A stretch of 35,486 bases of DNA from an uncultured Candidatus Saccharibacteria bacterium. GTDB taxonomy: Bacteria > Patescibacteriota > Minisyncoccia > Phycocordibacterales > JAKFXT01. Numbering within the stretch: the stretch's first letter is position 1; each line of letters starts with the position of its first letter. Shown here in pieces: positions 8,234 through 16,408 of the stretch. The DNA is taken from positions 1-35,486 of the forward strand of contig CAYHJR010000001.1 of the NCBI GenBank assembly GCA_964357075.1, written 5' to 3'. Below the pieces are notes generated by a model that saw only the letters and a program-made list of their open reading frames with translations, searched no databases and was not told where the DNA came from. Position numbers and translations under genes: made by a program.

Positions 8234-8845
8234 CTATCGACTATAAAATTCCAAGACGCCGGAAAGATCAAAATGAAGTTCTGGACGCGAATAATTTGGA
8301 ATTTGTTTTACTAAACCCTCGCCTTTTTTAATATCGAAAGTTACCCAGGAAGGCGCGGTATAATCTTTTAATCTTTCCTCAAGGGTTGCAAAAAGTACGC
8401 TTCCTTTGCTCCCCTCTCTTATTTTAATAATGTCGCCGACTTTAACTTCAGCCGAAGGAATGGTATTTTTGCGTCCGTTCAATAATATGTGGCCATGAGA
8501 AACCATTTGGCGCGAAGCTCTCCTGGTTGGAGCCAAGCCAAGGCGATAGACCACGTTATCCAATCTTTGCTCCAATGAGTGATAAAGATTTTCAATCGGC
8601 TTTGTTCCTTTGATTTTATTCGCCCTTATGACGTAATTTTTAAATTGTTTTTCCATAATGCCGTAGGTGTAGCGGACTTTTTGTTTTTCCAAAAATTGCC
8701 GGCCGTATTCGCTTCTGACACCTCTTCGTTTTTTGCTGTTTTGTTCGCTTCTTGATTGGGACAGGGCAAATTTTTGCGTCTGACATTTTTCAAACACGGC
8801 GGCGCCCAATCTTTTTCCTATTTTATATTTTGGTCCTACTTTCAT
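8234..8845 (-). CDS. rpsD: 30S ribosomal protein S4
   Basis: YGRQFLEKQKVRYTYG...RLDNVVYRLGLA.TRRASRQMVSHGHILLNG (S4 domain). Confidence 0.95.
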   Translation of the reverse strand: MKVGPKYKIGKRLGAAVFEKCQTQKFALSQSRSEQNSKKRRGVRSEYGRQFLEKQKVRYTYGIMEKQFKNYVIRANKIKGTKPIENLYHSLEQRLDNVVYRLGLAPTRRASRQMVSHGHILLNGRKNTIPSAEVKVGDIIKIREGSKGSVLFATLEERLKDYTAPSWVTFDIKKGEGLVKQIPNYSRPELHFDLSGVLEFYSR

Positions 8846-8892
8846 GATACGAATGGTTACGAATTTAAACGAATGATACGAATTATGACTAA
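8846..8892. repeat. ACGAAT-rich leader element, copy 1 (fills the whole rpsK-rpsD spacer)
   Basis: Coding strand: ATTCGTATCATTCGTTTAAATTCGTAACCATTCGTATC followed directly by the rpsD ATG. Confidence 0.85.
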
Positions 8893-9327
8893 TTAAATGC
8901 GTCTTGGTTTCGGCGGTTTTGGCCCATTATGCGGAATGGGCGTAACATCTTTAATTGAAAGAATTGACACGCCTTTTCCGGCAAAGGCCCTAATGGCCGA
9001 TTCTCGTCCCGAGCCCACTCCTTTGACAATGACGTCAGCGTCCTTCATGCCAACCGCAACCGCTTTTTCGCCGATCAATTCTCCGACTTTGGCGGCGGCG
9101 AAAGGAGTTCCTTTTTTAGCTCCGGTAAAACCCAAAGAACCGCTTGATGACGAGCAAACAGCATTACCTTTCTTGTCGGTCAGGAGAACGCGGGTATTGT
9201 TGTAAGTCGATTCAACGTAAAGAATTCCGATATCCAATCTTTTTTTGGCAGATTTGGAAAGCGACTTATCCCTAAGTTTCTGGTCAACTTCCCCGCCGCT
9301 TTTTGTGGCAATGCGTTTTTTTCCCAT
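8893..9327 (-). CDS. rpsK: 30S ribosomal protein S11
   Basis: YVESTYNNTRVLLTDKKGN...GFTGAKKGTPFAA; canonical order. Confidence 0.95.
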   Translation of the reverse strand: MGKKRIATKSGGEVDQKLRDKSLSKSAKKRLDIGILYVESTYNNTRVLLTDKKGNAVCSSSSGSLGFTGAKKGTPFAAAKVGELIGEKAVAVGMKDADVIVKGVGSGRESAIRAFAGKGVSILSIKDVTPIPHNGPKPPKPRRI

Positions 9328-9336
9328 AATATTATT

Positions 9337-9717
9337 CTAAGTCTTTTCAACTTTACGTCTGCCGGAGGCCATTGTTTTTCTAACATTGCCGCGCACGGTT
9401 CTCGAATTGCTTTTGGTGCGCTGCCCCCGTGCCGGCAAATGCTTGGCGTGTCGGCTTCCCCTAAAAGTTTTAATATCTTTTAGTCGCTTGATATTTCCGG
9501 CAACCATACGGCGCAAATCTCCTTCTATCTTCAAACTCTCTATGACGCTTCTCAAGGAGTTTTCCTCTTCTTTGGAAAGTTCATTCGTTTTTTTCGCTCC
9601 CGAAACTTTGGCTTTTTTCAAAATATTACCGGCAGTTCTAATACCAATACCATAAAGCGCCGTCAAGGCGTATTCTATTCTTTTATTATCCGGCAATGTA
9701 ATTCCAACTATGCGCAT
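9337..9717 (-). CDS. rpsM: 30S ribosomal protein S13
   Basis: MRIVGITLPDNKRIEYALTALYGIG...RGQRTKSNSRT. Confidence 0.95.
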   Translation of the reverse strand: MRIVGITLPDNKRIEYALTALYGIGIRTAGNILKKAKVSGAKKTNELSKEEENSLRSVIESLKIEGDLRRMVAGNIKRLKDIKTFRGSRHAKHLPARGQRTKSNSRTVRGNVRKTMASGRRKVEKT

Positions 9718-9718
9718 A

Positions 9719-9832
9719 TTATCCTTGTCTTTGTTTATGTCTTGGGTTTTCGCAAATAACGCTGATTCGACCTTTGCGTCGAATCATTTTGCACTTAGCG
9801 CAAATTTTTTTGACAGAAGCTCTTATTTTCAT
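9719..9832 (-). CDS. rpmJ: 50S ribosomal protein L36
   Basis: Below the ORF-track size cutoff. My own translation is [37 protein letters not shown], with ATG at 9832..9830 and TAA at 9721..9719. Confidence 0.9.
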   Translation of the reverse strand: MKIRASVKKICAKCKMIRRKGRISVICENPRHKQRQG

Positions 9833-9883
9833 GATACTAATGGTTACGAATGAATGCCCCGGCGGTAGCCGAATGATACGAAT
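9833..9883. repeat. ACGAAT-rich leader element, copy 2 (with a 16-nt GC-rich insert)
   Basis: Coding strand: ATTCGTATCATTCG-GCTACCGCCGGGGCAT-TCATTCGTAACCATTAGTATC followed directly by the rpmJ ATG. Confidence 0.85.
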
Positions 9884-9901
9884 AACTTATTGATTTACAC
9901 T

Positions 9902-10123
9902 TTATAGTCGGCGCGTTATTTTCCCCTTTTCCTCGTTATACGGGTCAAGCTCAATTTCAACGGTATCTCCAATCAAAACCCTGATCCTGTGCAGGCGCAT
10001 TTTGCCCGAAAGATAACCGAGCATGATTTTCTGACCCTCCTTCAATTCAACGCGAAAAAGCGTATTTGGAAGCGCCTCTAAAACAACTCCGATTCGTTTT
10101 TCCTTTTCTTTTCCAAGACCCAT
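9902..10123 (-). CDS. infA: translation initiation factor IF-1
   Basis: [62 protein letters not shown]... (S1-like). I use the internal ATG at 10123, because the 28 codons the track adds upstream are not IF-1-like. Confidence 0.9.
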   Translation of the reverse strand: MGLGKEKEKRIGVVLEALPNTLFRVELKEGQKIMLGYLSGKMRLHRIRVLIGDTVEIELDPYNEEKGKITRRL

Positions 10124-10159
10124 TACAATCGATTTTCTACAGAACGCTATTGAAACGCG

Positions 10160-10252
10160 ATGATAACACAGATAGTGCAAAATCGTCAACTTCAAAAAAT
10201 GCCCCATTTCTGCGGTTTTTGAATATTACTACAATATGCCCCAGATGGTCAA
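10160..10252 (-). promoter_or_regulatory. two candidate sigma70-type promoters upstream of infA
   Basis: Minus strand has TTGACC (10252..10247), 18 nt, TAATAT (10228..10223); and TTGACG (10189..10184), 18 nt, TATCAT (10165..10160). Confidence 0.3.
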
Positions 10253-10278
10253 ATTTCACCTGTAAGCTTAGGGGAATC

Positions 10279-11640
10279 TTATATAGCACCGAGAATGTTT
10301 ATCTTTATTTTCCCCCTGTCTTCCGGAAGGGCTGATTTCCATTTGGGGATAAGAGAGGTTTCCGCTTTTTCAATTCCGGAATAATTTTTATAGATGTCGT
10401 TTACCAGATTTTTCGGTATACCCAAGAGGTCTTCTTTCAATTTTTCGGAATCAATCACGTAGGTCAAAGTGGTCGCGCCGGAAAGCGCAAAAGGAAATAC
10501 TCCGGTTTGCCACGGACTGCCTTCTTTGGGGTCCGGCTCAATAGCTAATTTATCGAAATAATTGGAAGTTATATTTTCGTCTCTGTAATCGTCTATATAT
10601 TCTTTGGCCAAATTTCTGGCCATTTGCTCTTTGGAGATTACGACCGCGTTAACCACCGCTTTAATTTCAACTTCACTGCTTTCATCACTTGAAATCGATT
10701 CGAAACTTATATAAATGGCCTTGTCGTAAAGAATAAAACTATTCGGCACTTGTTCTTTGATTCTATTGGTCAATTTGTCCTTGAGAGTAATCATGAGTTC
10801 TTTTCTCGCCAGTTCAATGTCCAAAGCGGAGGCGGTTTTAATGGTTCCTTCAAAACCTCCGGTCATCGGCACTTTTGACCGGCCGTAGAATTTTTCGTAG
10901 CGAGGGTCGCCCTTAAAACCAGGAATCGTAAAATCAGTCAAATCTATATTGTATTTTTCTCCCGCTTCATCGGCCGCAACTTCTATCTCAATACTCCCGG
11001 GTGTAACTACATTTCCCTTTTTTGTTTGACCGGGGACGACGATAGATGATTCGATTCTGTAAATCAAACCATCCGGTGTTAATAGACGAGTATTTTTAAT
11101 TAGGCGTTGTGGCTGGCTGTTGTAATCGTTATAAATTACCACTTTGCCTCGGGCGCGTTTCTCGACTTTCTTTTCACCGGTTGTGGAGACGCTTTTCTTT
11201 TGAGTTTCGTTTAAATTTATAACCTCAAACCCTAGCTCATTTTCTTGAGGATTCTTTTTAGCCATGAAAGATTTATTTATGACTACGGACCTTTGTTTTG
11301 GTTCAATTGTAACAGTCGCTCCGGCATTAAAAAATAAATATAAAAGATATATCGCCCCGACTCCGGCCAAAAACAAGAAGAAAAATAGAATTTTTTTGAA
11401 TCCAAATCCTTCGCCGCCGTTACTGGCCGGAATTATTGGTTTCGAATCATCGGAAGACGCCTTTATTGAAAATTTATCTTTGCTTTGCGCCGAAATTTCA
11501 TTGTTGGTATTATGCGCCCTCTCTATTTGCTTGCCAGAATCAAAAAAGCTTTCTCTTGGCGTTCTTAAAGGAACGGGAATGCTTCTTATCCCCTTAATTT
11601 CTTTGGGCGGTATGACATCTTGTATTATTTTCCTTTTCAT
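10279..11640 (-). CDS. single-pass membrane protein with a large extracytoplasmic domain, function unknown
   Basis: About 85 aa of polar N-terminus, then one TM helix (ILFFFLFLAGVGAIYLLYLFF), then about 350 aa with no motif I can name. Sits 40 nt downstream of the FtsA/PilM-like gene. Confidence 0.6.
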   Translation of the reverse strand: MKRKIIQDVIPPKEIKGIRSIPVPLRTPRESFFDSGKQIERAHNTNNEISAQSKDKFSIKASSDDSKPIIPASNGGEGFGFKKILFFFLFLAGVGAIYLLYLFFNAGATVTIEPKQRSVVINKSFMAKKNPQENELGFEVINLNETQKKSVSTTGEKKVEKRARGKVVIYNDYNSQPQRLIKNTRLLTPDGLIYRIESSIVVPGQTKKGNVVTPGSIEIEVAADEAGEKYNIDLTDFTIPGFKGDPRYEKFYGRSKVPMTGGFEGTIKTASALDIELARKELMITLKDKLTNRIKEQVPNSFILYDKAIYISFESISSDESSEVEIKAVVNAVVISKEQMARNLAKEYIDDYRDENITSNYFDKLAIEPDPKEGSPWQTGVFPFALSGATTLTYVIDSEKLKEDLLGIPKNLVNDIYKNYSGIEKAETSLIPKWKSALPEDRGKIKINILGAI

Positions 11641-11680
11641 ATTTAAAATCCTGATTTATATTTTAGCACGGAGATTAATT

Positions 11681-12898
11681 TTAATTGTAAACATCCTCCA
11701 AAACCTGCTTATTGGCGTTGGCAAAGGAAGCGGAGATAGCCAAAATCGCGTCGAATCTTATATCAAGCCCGAAAGTGCAGCTATCGGCCAGAGAGGCGGC
11801 ATCCAAAGTGTGAATTGAAAAACCGTGGGGTACCAGAGTTTGGCTGGCAAAACCCATTTTAATAATGGCCGGGCCGAACATATCTTTAATGTCGGTATCC
11901 ACGAATATGTAAATATTTTCCGGAATGGCCACTTCTTCGGATAAATTAACCAGTGCTTTTTCAAGGTAAGAAAACCAGAGACCTTGAGTTTCCTCTACAA
12001 CGGGAACAAAACTTTTCTCTTCTTCTTTGGACATTTTTTTGTCGTGATAAAGTCCCAAACGGAAAAGGGCGTCTTCCGGGGTTGTTTTCATTTTTCCGGC
12101 AATTAATCTTGAGAGAGAATGCTTGCCGAACGGAAAGGAAACAGTTTCCAAAAGCGCGTGGTCTTTTATAAGGGAAACTTCCGAGACGTCGCTGCCGACC
12201 GTCACGAAAAGGAAATTGCTTTTGGAATCCACCCTATTTCTTATGGCGATAAAAGCGGCTAACGATAGCGGCTCAATCACGATGGGCGCCGGAGTGATGT
12301 TTCTTATAATTCTCGAAATGGCCTCAATCAAATTTTTATCAATTTGTGTCTTGAATATGGAAAGTTCAACTCCTTCAGCCACTTTGCCGTAGGGATTATC
12401 ATTATGATAACCATTTATTTTAATTTCAATTATGTGCTCCTGAACCGTATAAGGACTGCTGCCAAGCAGAATCTCTTTGTGCGCCTCCGGTAATAGGGTG
12501 CGATGAGAGGTAATAAGATTTTTTACGAGATTTTGAGAAATTGTGAAAGGTTTTTTTTCTTGGTGGGTAATAATTGAGGTGTGTGATAGGTAATAGGGTT
12601 CCGCTATTATGCAGCAAACCTCTTCGGCCACGTAGCGTTTTTTGCCCAAAGAGGAAGAACGCAGGGCTTTGGCTATATCCATTAAAACCTGTTCCAGCGA
12701 TGAAAGAGCCAGAGGCAGGGCCTGCTTATTTAGAAGTGTGCCGATTTTTTGTTCCCCGGAAACGGTATAAAGAATGTGCGGCACACCTTTTCTAATTTCG
12801 ACTACGGCACCCCGGGCGTTCCCTTTACCGGCGTCCAAAAATAAAATCAGCTTTATTTTGTTGGTTTCTTTTGTTGAGAAAAATGAAAAAAGATTCAT
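11681..12898 (-). CDS. divergent actin-fold (FtsA/PilM-like, ASKHA) protein
   Basis: The N-terminal LFLDAGKGNARGAVVEI resembles the phosphate-1 strand. FVTVGSDVSEVSLIKDHALLETVSFPFGKHSLSRLIA resembles the DxGGGTTD...IPxGG block of FtsA/PilM, but the glycine motifs are degenerate. Confidence 0.5.
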   Translation of the reverse strand: MNLFSFFSTKETNKIKLILFLDAGKGNARGAVVEIRKGVPHILYTVSGEQKIGTLLNKQALPLALSSLEQVLMDIAKALRSSSLGKKRYVAEEVCCIIAEPYYLSHTSIITHQEKKPFTISQNLVKNLITSHRTLLPEAHKEILLGSSPYTVQEHIIEIKINGYHNDNPYGKVAEGVELSIFKTQIDKNLIEAISRIIRNITPAPIVIEPLSLAAFIAIRNRVDSKSNFLFVTVGSDVSEVSLIKDHALLETVSFPFGKHSLSRLIAGKMKTTPEDALFRLGLYHDKKMSKEEEKSFVPVVEETQGLWFSYLEKALVNLSEEVAIPENIYIFVDTDIKDMFGPAIIKMGFASQTLVPHGFSIHTLDAASLADSCTFGLDIRFDAILAISASFANANKQVLEDVYN

Positions 12899-12935
12899 CC
12901 TGTTAGAAGTTAAGTATTTAAGGGCGCATTACCAG

Positions 12936-12971
12936 AAAAAGAGCCATTGGGCGAATTCGTCTTTATGGCTC
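12936..12971 (-). terminator. candidate intrinsic terminator downstream of alaS
   Basis: Minus strand: GAGCCAU, a 17-nt loop, AUGGCUC, then UUUUU. A second inverted repeat (12953-12964 / 12989-13000) overlaps its loop. Confidence 0.4.
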
Positions 12972-13032
12972 GGAAACAGAAAAATGATAAAGACGAACTT
13001 CTAGTAGGACCCATCGCCGAATTATAGCAGAA

Positions 13033-13067
13033 AAAGCTTTCGGCTTTCAGCTTCCAGGTGTTAGTTT
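13033..13067. repeat. degenerate heptanucleotide array
   Basis: aaagctt tcggctt tcagctt ccaggtg ttagttt, just downstream of the alaS stop (13075). Confidence 0.7.
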
Positions 13068-13074
13068 CTTAAAT

Positions 13075-14865
13075 CTAGCTCAATGTTCCTTTGATACGGC
13101 GGATACCGGCGGAGATGGCTTCTTCTTTTTGAATTTTAAAAATGGCTTTCCGAACGTTTCCGTCAGGCCCCACTACACTTCCAAGGTCGGAAGTGTTATG
13201 GACATGCGGTCCGCCGCAGAATTCCAAACTAAAGTCCCCAATTTTATAAACCCGAACCTTATCACCGTATTTTTCTTCAAAAAGACCGATAGCGCCAAGT
13301 TTTTCCGCCTTCTCAATCGGCAAATCTTCAAAGGTGACCGGCATGGCTTCATCAATTTTTTGATTTACCAAATCTTCCACTTTTTTCTTTTCTTCATCAG
13401 TCATTTTACGGTCAAATGAAAAATCAAAACGAAGACGCTCCGGGGTAATATTACTGCCCTTTTGAGACACTTTTTCTCCCAGGGTCTGCTTTAGGGCTTT
13501 GTGCAGAAGATGAGTAGCGGTGTGATATTTAACAGACATGTCGCTTGCATCAGCCAATCCCCCCTTGAATTTCTTTTCCGCTCCGACTCTGGACAGCTCC
13601 TGGTGTTTCTTCATTTCCTCTTTGAATCCCGCCTCATCCACTTCTTTTCCCTCCTCTTTGGCCAACTCTTTGGTCATTTCAATTGGAAAACCGAAAGTGG
13701 AAAAAAGTATAAAGGCCTCATGACCGGTAATTTTTCCGGTAGAAAGTTTTTTGAATTCGCGCAAACCGTCGGTAAGTGTTTTTCTAAAACGATTTTCTTC
13801 TTCGGTGATTTCTTTTTTGATTTCAGAAACTTTTTCCTTCAAGTTCGGATAAACGTCTTGATATTTTTCAATCACGACTCCCGAAAGAAGAGCCAAATCA
13901 CCTTCTCTCATTTTCAATTTATCGCCGGAAAATATTGCCCGGCGTAAAAGACGGCGCAGAATATATCCTTGGTCGGTATTAGACGGGGTGACGCCGTCGG
14001 CAATCAAAAACACGGAAGTTCGTATATGGTCAGCTACTATGCGTTTTGCTTTAATATCGTGCTCGATGGAAAAATCATCAATTTTCCGCATTATCGGCTC
14101 AAACAAATCCGTTTGGAAAATATTGTCTTTTCTTTGCATCAGCATGGCCAAGCGTTCGAGTCCAGCGCCGGTATCAACGTTTTGCTGTGTAAGTTTTCCG
14201 ATTACTTTCCCGTCTTTCTTTTGAAATTCCATGAAGACGTCATTCCAGAACTCTACGATTTTTTGACCATCCGTTGCTTTAAGAAAATTTTCTTTAGAAA
14301 GCTCGCCCAGTCCCTTTTCCGTAAGGTCATAAAACATTTCCGTATCGGACCCGCAGGGCCCGTTGTTTCCCGGGCTCCACCAATTATCTTTAACACCCAA
14401 AAAATATATTCTTTCTTTTGGTATGCCCAAGGACTCCCAGACCTCAGCCGACTTTTCATCCTTGGGCGCGTTTTCATCACCTTCAAAACAGGTTATATAG
14501 AGGCGTTTTGGGTCAAGGCCGAGTCCCTCTTCTTTTGAGGTAATAAATTGATAGCTCCAGGTTATGGCTTCGTCTTTAAAATATGAGCCGAGCGACCAAT
14601 TGCCAAGCATTTCAAAAAAAGTGACGTGGGTGTTGTCCCCGACTTCTTCTATGTCTTGTGTCCGGACGCATTTCTGGACGTTCACCAGCTTGTCCCCCTC
14701 CGGGTGAGGTGTTCCCATTAAATAGGGAATCAAAGGTTGCATGCCGGCTGTCGTAAAAAGGACAGACGGGTCATTTTCCGGAACAAGCGAAGCGGAAGGT
14801 AAAATGGCGTGTCCGCGGGACTTAAAAAAAGATAAGAAGCGCCGGCGAATTTCTTCAGATTTCAT
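13075..14865 (-). CDS. alaS: alanine--tRNA ligase, short form (catalytic, tRNA-binding and editing domains; no C-Ala domain)
   Basis: RFLSFFKSRGH...FTTAGMQP at the N-terminus. Editing-domain motifs HTATHLLHKAL and CGGPHV. The protein ends about 30 aa after the editing domain: 596 aa, versus about 870 in typical bacteria. Confidence 0.95.
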   Translation of the reverse strand: MKSEEIRRRFLSFFKSRGHAILPSASLVPENDPSVLFTTAGMQPLIPYLMGTPHPEGDKLVNVQKCVRTQDIEEVGDNTHVTFFEMLGNWSLGSYFKDEAITWSYQFITSKEEGLGLDPKRLYITCFEGDENAPKDEKSAEVWESLGIPKERIYFLGVKDNWWSPGNNGPCGSDTEMFYDLTEKGLGELSKENFLKATDGQKIVEFWNDVFMEFQKKDGKVIGKLTQQNVDTGAGLERLAMLMQRKDNIFQTDLFEPIMRKIDDFSIEHDIKAKRIVADHIRTSVFLIADGVTPSNTDQGYILRRLLRRAIFSGDKLKMREGDLALLSGVVIEKYQDVYPNLKEKVSEIKKEITEEENRFRKTLTDGLREFKKLSTGKITGHEAFILFSTFGFPIEMTKELAKEEGKEVDEAGFKEEMKKHQELSRVGAEKKFKGGLADASDMSVKYHTATHLLHKALKQTLGEKVSQKGSNITPERLRFDFSFDRKMTDEEKKKVEDLVNQKIDEAMPVTFEDLPIEKAEKLGAIGLFEEKYGDKVRVYKIGDFSLEFCGGPHVHNTSDLGSVVGPDGNVRKAIFKIQKEEAISAGIRRIKGTLS

Positions 14866-14903
14866 AATACGAATAGTTACGAATTAAATCGAATGATACG
14901 AAT
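14866..14903. repeat. ACGAAT-rich leader element, copy 3
   Basis: Coding strand: ATTCGTATCATTCGATTTAATTCGTAACTATTCGTATT followed directly by the alaS ATG. The element also supplies the last codons and the TAA of the MGMT gene. Confidence 0.85.
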
Positions 14904-15189
14904 ATACAGTAAAATCTTTGGCCTTTCCAGTTTGTTTCATAGCGCCTTCTTTTTTTAATAATTTGATTTTTTTCTTAACTCCTCCGCGATTGTAATTGCC
15001 GATTTTTCCGTCTGAACGAATAACCCTGTGGCAAGGAATGGTTTTATCAAAATTAGCAGACATTATGGTGCCAACGGCGCGCGAGGCACCGGGATTTCCG
15101 GCGCGGCGCGCCACTTCCCCGTAGGAAAGCGTTTCTCCCCGTGGAATATCGCGCACTACTTTTTGCACCCTTTCTCCAAACAAACTCAT
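14884..15189 (-). CDS. methylated-DNA--protein-cysteine methyltransferase family protein (single-domain MGMT/Ogt)
   Basis: Active-site PCHRVI motif with the cysteine retained, plus the helix-turn-wing region YGEVARRAGNPGASRAVG. Confidence 0.85.
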   Translation of the reverse strand: MSLFGERVQKVVRDIPRGETLSYGEVARRAGNPGASRAVGTIMSANFDKTIPCHRVIRSDGKIGNYNRGGVKKKIKLLKKEGAMKQTGKAKDFTVYSYHSI

Positions 15190-15190
15190 G

Positions 15191-15961
15191 CTACTTTTTT
15201 TTCTTACTTTTCAAATCGGCACTGGCCGCTTCAAATCTGTAATTGCAGTACTGACATGTCTCATTATTTTTGGGAACCACTTCTCCCAAGAGACACTGTT
15301 TGATTTTTGGCAGCAACTCATCAATCCAAAAAGTATCTCCCACGCAGGGCAACAAAATCATATTAAACTCCAATTTTCCGTCGAAAGAAGCGACATCTTT
15401 CCGGCCGTTTACATAAACAAAGTATCCGGTATTAGACACCTTGAAACCATTTTTACGCAATAACCATTGATACACCTCCATCTGTCTTTTGTATTGCGCG
15501 CCAAGGTCGCCATCCAAAGTTATTTCGTCTTTTTTAGAAGTCGCTTTGTAATCAACAACCAGGAGTTCGCCGTCAGAGTTTATCCAAACGTCGTCAACTC
15601 CGCCGCGGACGGAAAGGTTCGTCTCTTTGTCAACGTACTCAACCCCCTGCGACATGGCGTTTCTCCACTTATTCATATCGGGGTGTTTGAACGGCACGGC
15701 ATTCACTCCGTACTTCACCATTATCTCGTGCGGATTTTGTTCTTCCCGCAAAATATCAAATTCTTTCTTAAGAAGTTCGTCAACTGCGATGTTAAGCGTC
15801 AAGGGATAGGTGCTTGGCCTTCCTATTCCCAATCTTTGGTCAAGATAGAAACATTTTGGGCATTCTAAAAACAAATCAAGCTTTGACCTTGAAATCCGAA
15901 AAGGTTTAAGGTCTCCTGGGTCAAAATTGCCCCGCGCTCTTACTTTGTACGCGTATGCCAT
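15191..15961 (-). CDS. PD-(D/E)XK nuclease (RecB/Cas4-like) with cysteine clusters
   Basis: N-terminal SRSKLDLFLECPKCFY (RecB/AddB/Cas4-type start), core GGVDDV...LLVVDYKAT (D...D/ExK), QMEVYQWL (QxxxY), and a C-terminal CQYC plus further Cys residues. No cas genes nearby. Confidence 0.75.
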   Translation of the reverse strand: MAYAYKVRARGNFDPGDLKPFRISRSKLDLFLECPKCFYLDQRLGIGRPSTYPLTLNIAVDELLKKEFDILREEQNPHEIMVKYGVNAVPFKHPDMNKWRNAMSQGVEYVDKETNLSVRGGVDDVWINSDGELLVVDYKATSKKDEITLDGDLGAQYKRQMEVYQWLLRKNGFKVSNTGYFVYVNGRKDVASFDGKLEFNMILLPCVGDTFWIDELLPKIKQCLLGEVVPKNNETCQYCNYRFEAASADLKSKKKK

Positions 15962-15962
15962 T

Positions 15963-16406
15963 TTATCCTTTTAGTTTGCTTTCAACGTCCCACAATAATT
16001 CCGAGAACATAAAAATAGTTAGAATCGTTGCCATCGTAGCAAGGGTAAAATAGCCAAAGCCGACCGTAATGCCGACGCCGGCCGAAACCCACATACCGGC
16101 CGCCGTGGTAAGCCCCTCCAATTTGTTTTCATGATAAATAATTACGCCTCCGCAAAGAAATCCTATGCCGGTTGCGATTGCGGCCATAACATAAAGAGGG
16201 TTGACCCCTCCTTGCGGGAACTGTTCCATTGCCATTATTGAAGCAATAATAAAAAGGCATGAACCCAAAGATACTATTGAATAAGTGCGCAAACCGGCTG
16301 TTTTGTGGGCTATAGTTCGCTCTATGCCAAGAAATCCTCCCAAAAACATTGCAACAAGCAATTTTATCAAAAGCGGCAAATTTTGCGCTAAAAAATTCTC
16401 AAACAT
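15963..16406 (-). CDS. MgtC/SapB family membrane protein
   Basis: LLVAMFLGGFLGIERTIAHKTAGLRTYSIVSLGSCLF is the MgtC signature region; 4-5 TM helices. Confidence 0.85.
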   Translation of the reverse strand: MFENFLAQNLPLLIKLLVAMFLGGFLGIERTIAHKTAGLRTYSIVSLGSCLFIIASIMAMEQFPQGGVNPLYVMAAIATGIGFLCGGVIIYHENKLEGLTTAAGMWVSAGVGITVGFGYFTLATMATILTIFMFSELLWDVESKLKG

Positions 16407-16408
16407 AT

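Noticed and set aside
9902-10207. N-terminally extended ORFs from the track for infA (to 10207), mnmA (to 18539), leuS (to 25129) and atpC (GTG at 28548).
   Set aside because: The extensions are not homologous to the respective families and run into repeat or hairpin sequence. Internal ATGs give canonical N-termini (MGLGKEKEK..., MSERKKVFVGLSGG..., MHQYDHKKIEKKW..., MINLTI...).
2351-14538. The many plus-strand ORFs in the track (e.g. 2351..2752, 4223..4645, 4507..4953, 11264..11818, 13501..13947, 13969..14538, 23891..24256).
   Set aside because: All lie antisense inside strongly supported minus-strand genes (dnaJ, dnaK, alaS, leuS and others). They have odd, low-complexity composition and no independent signals.
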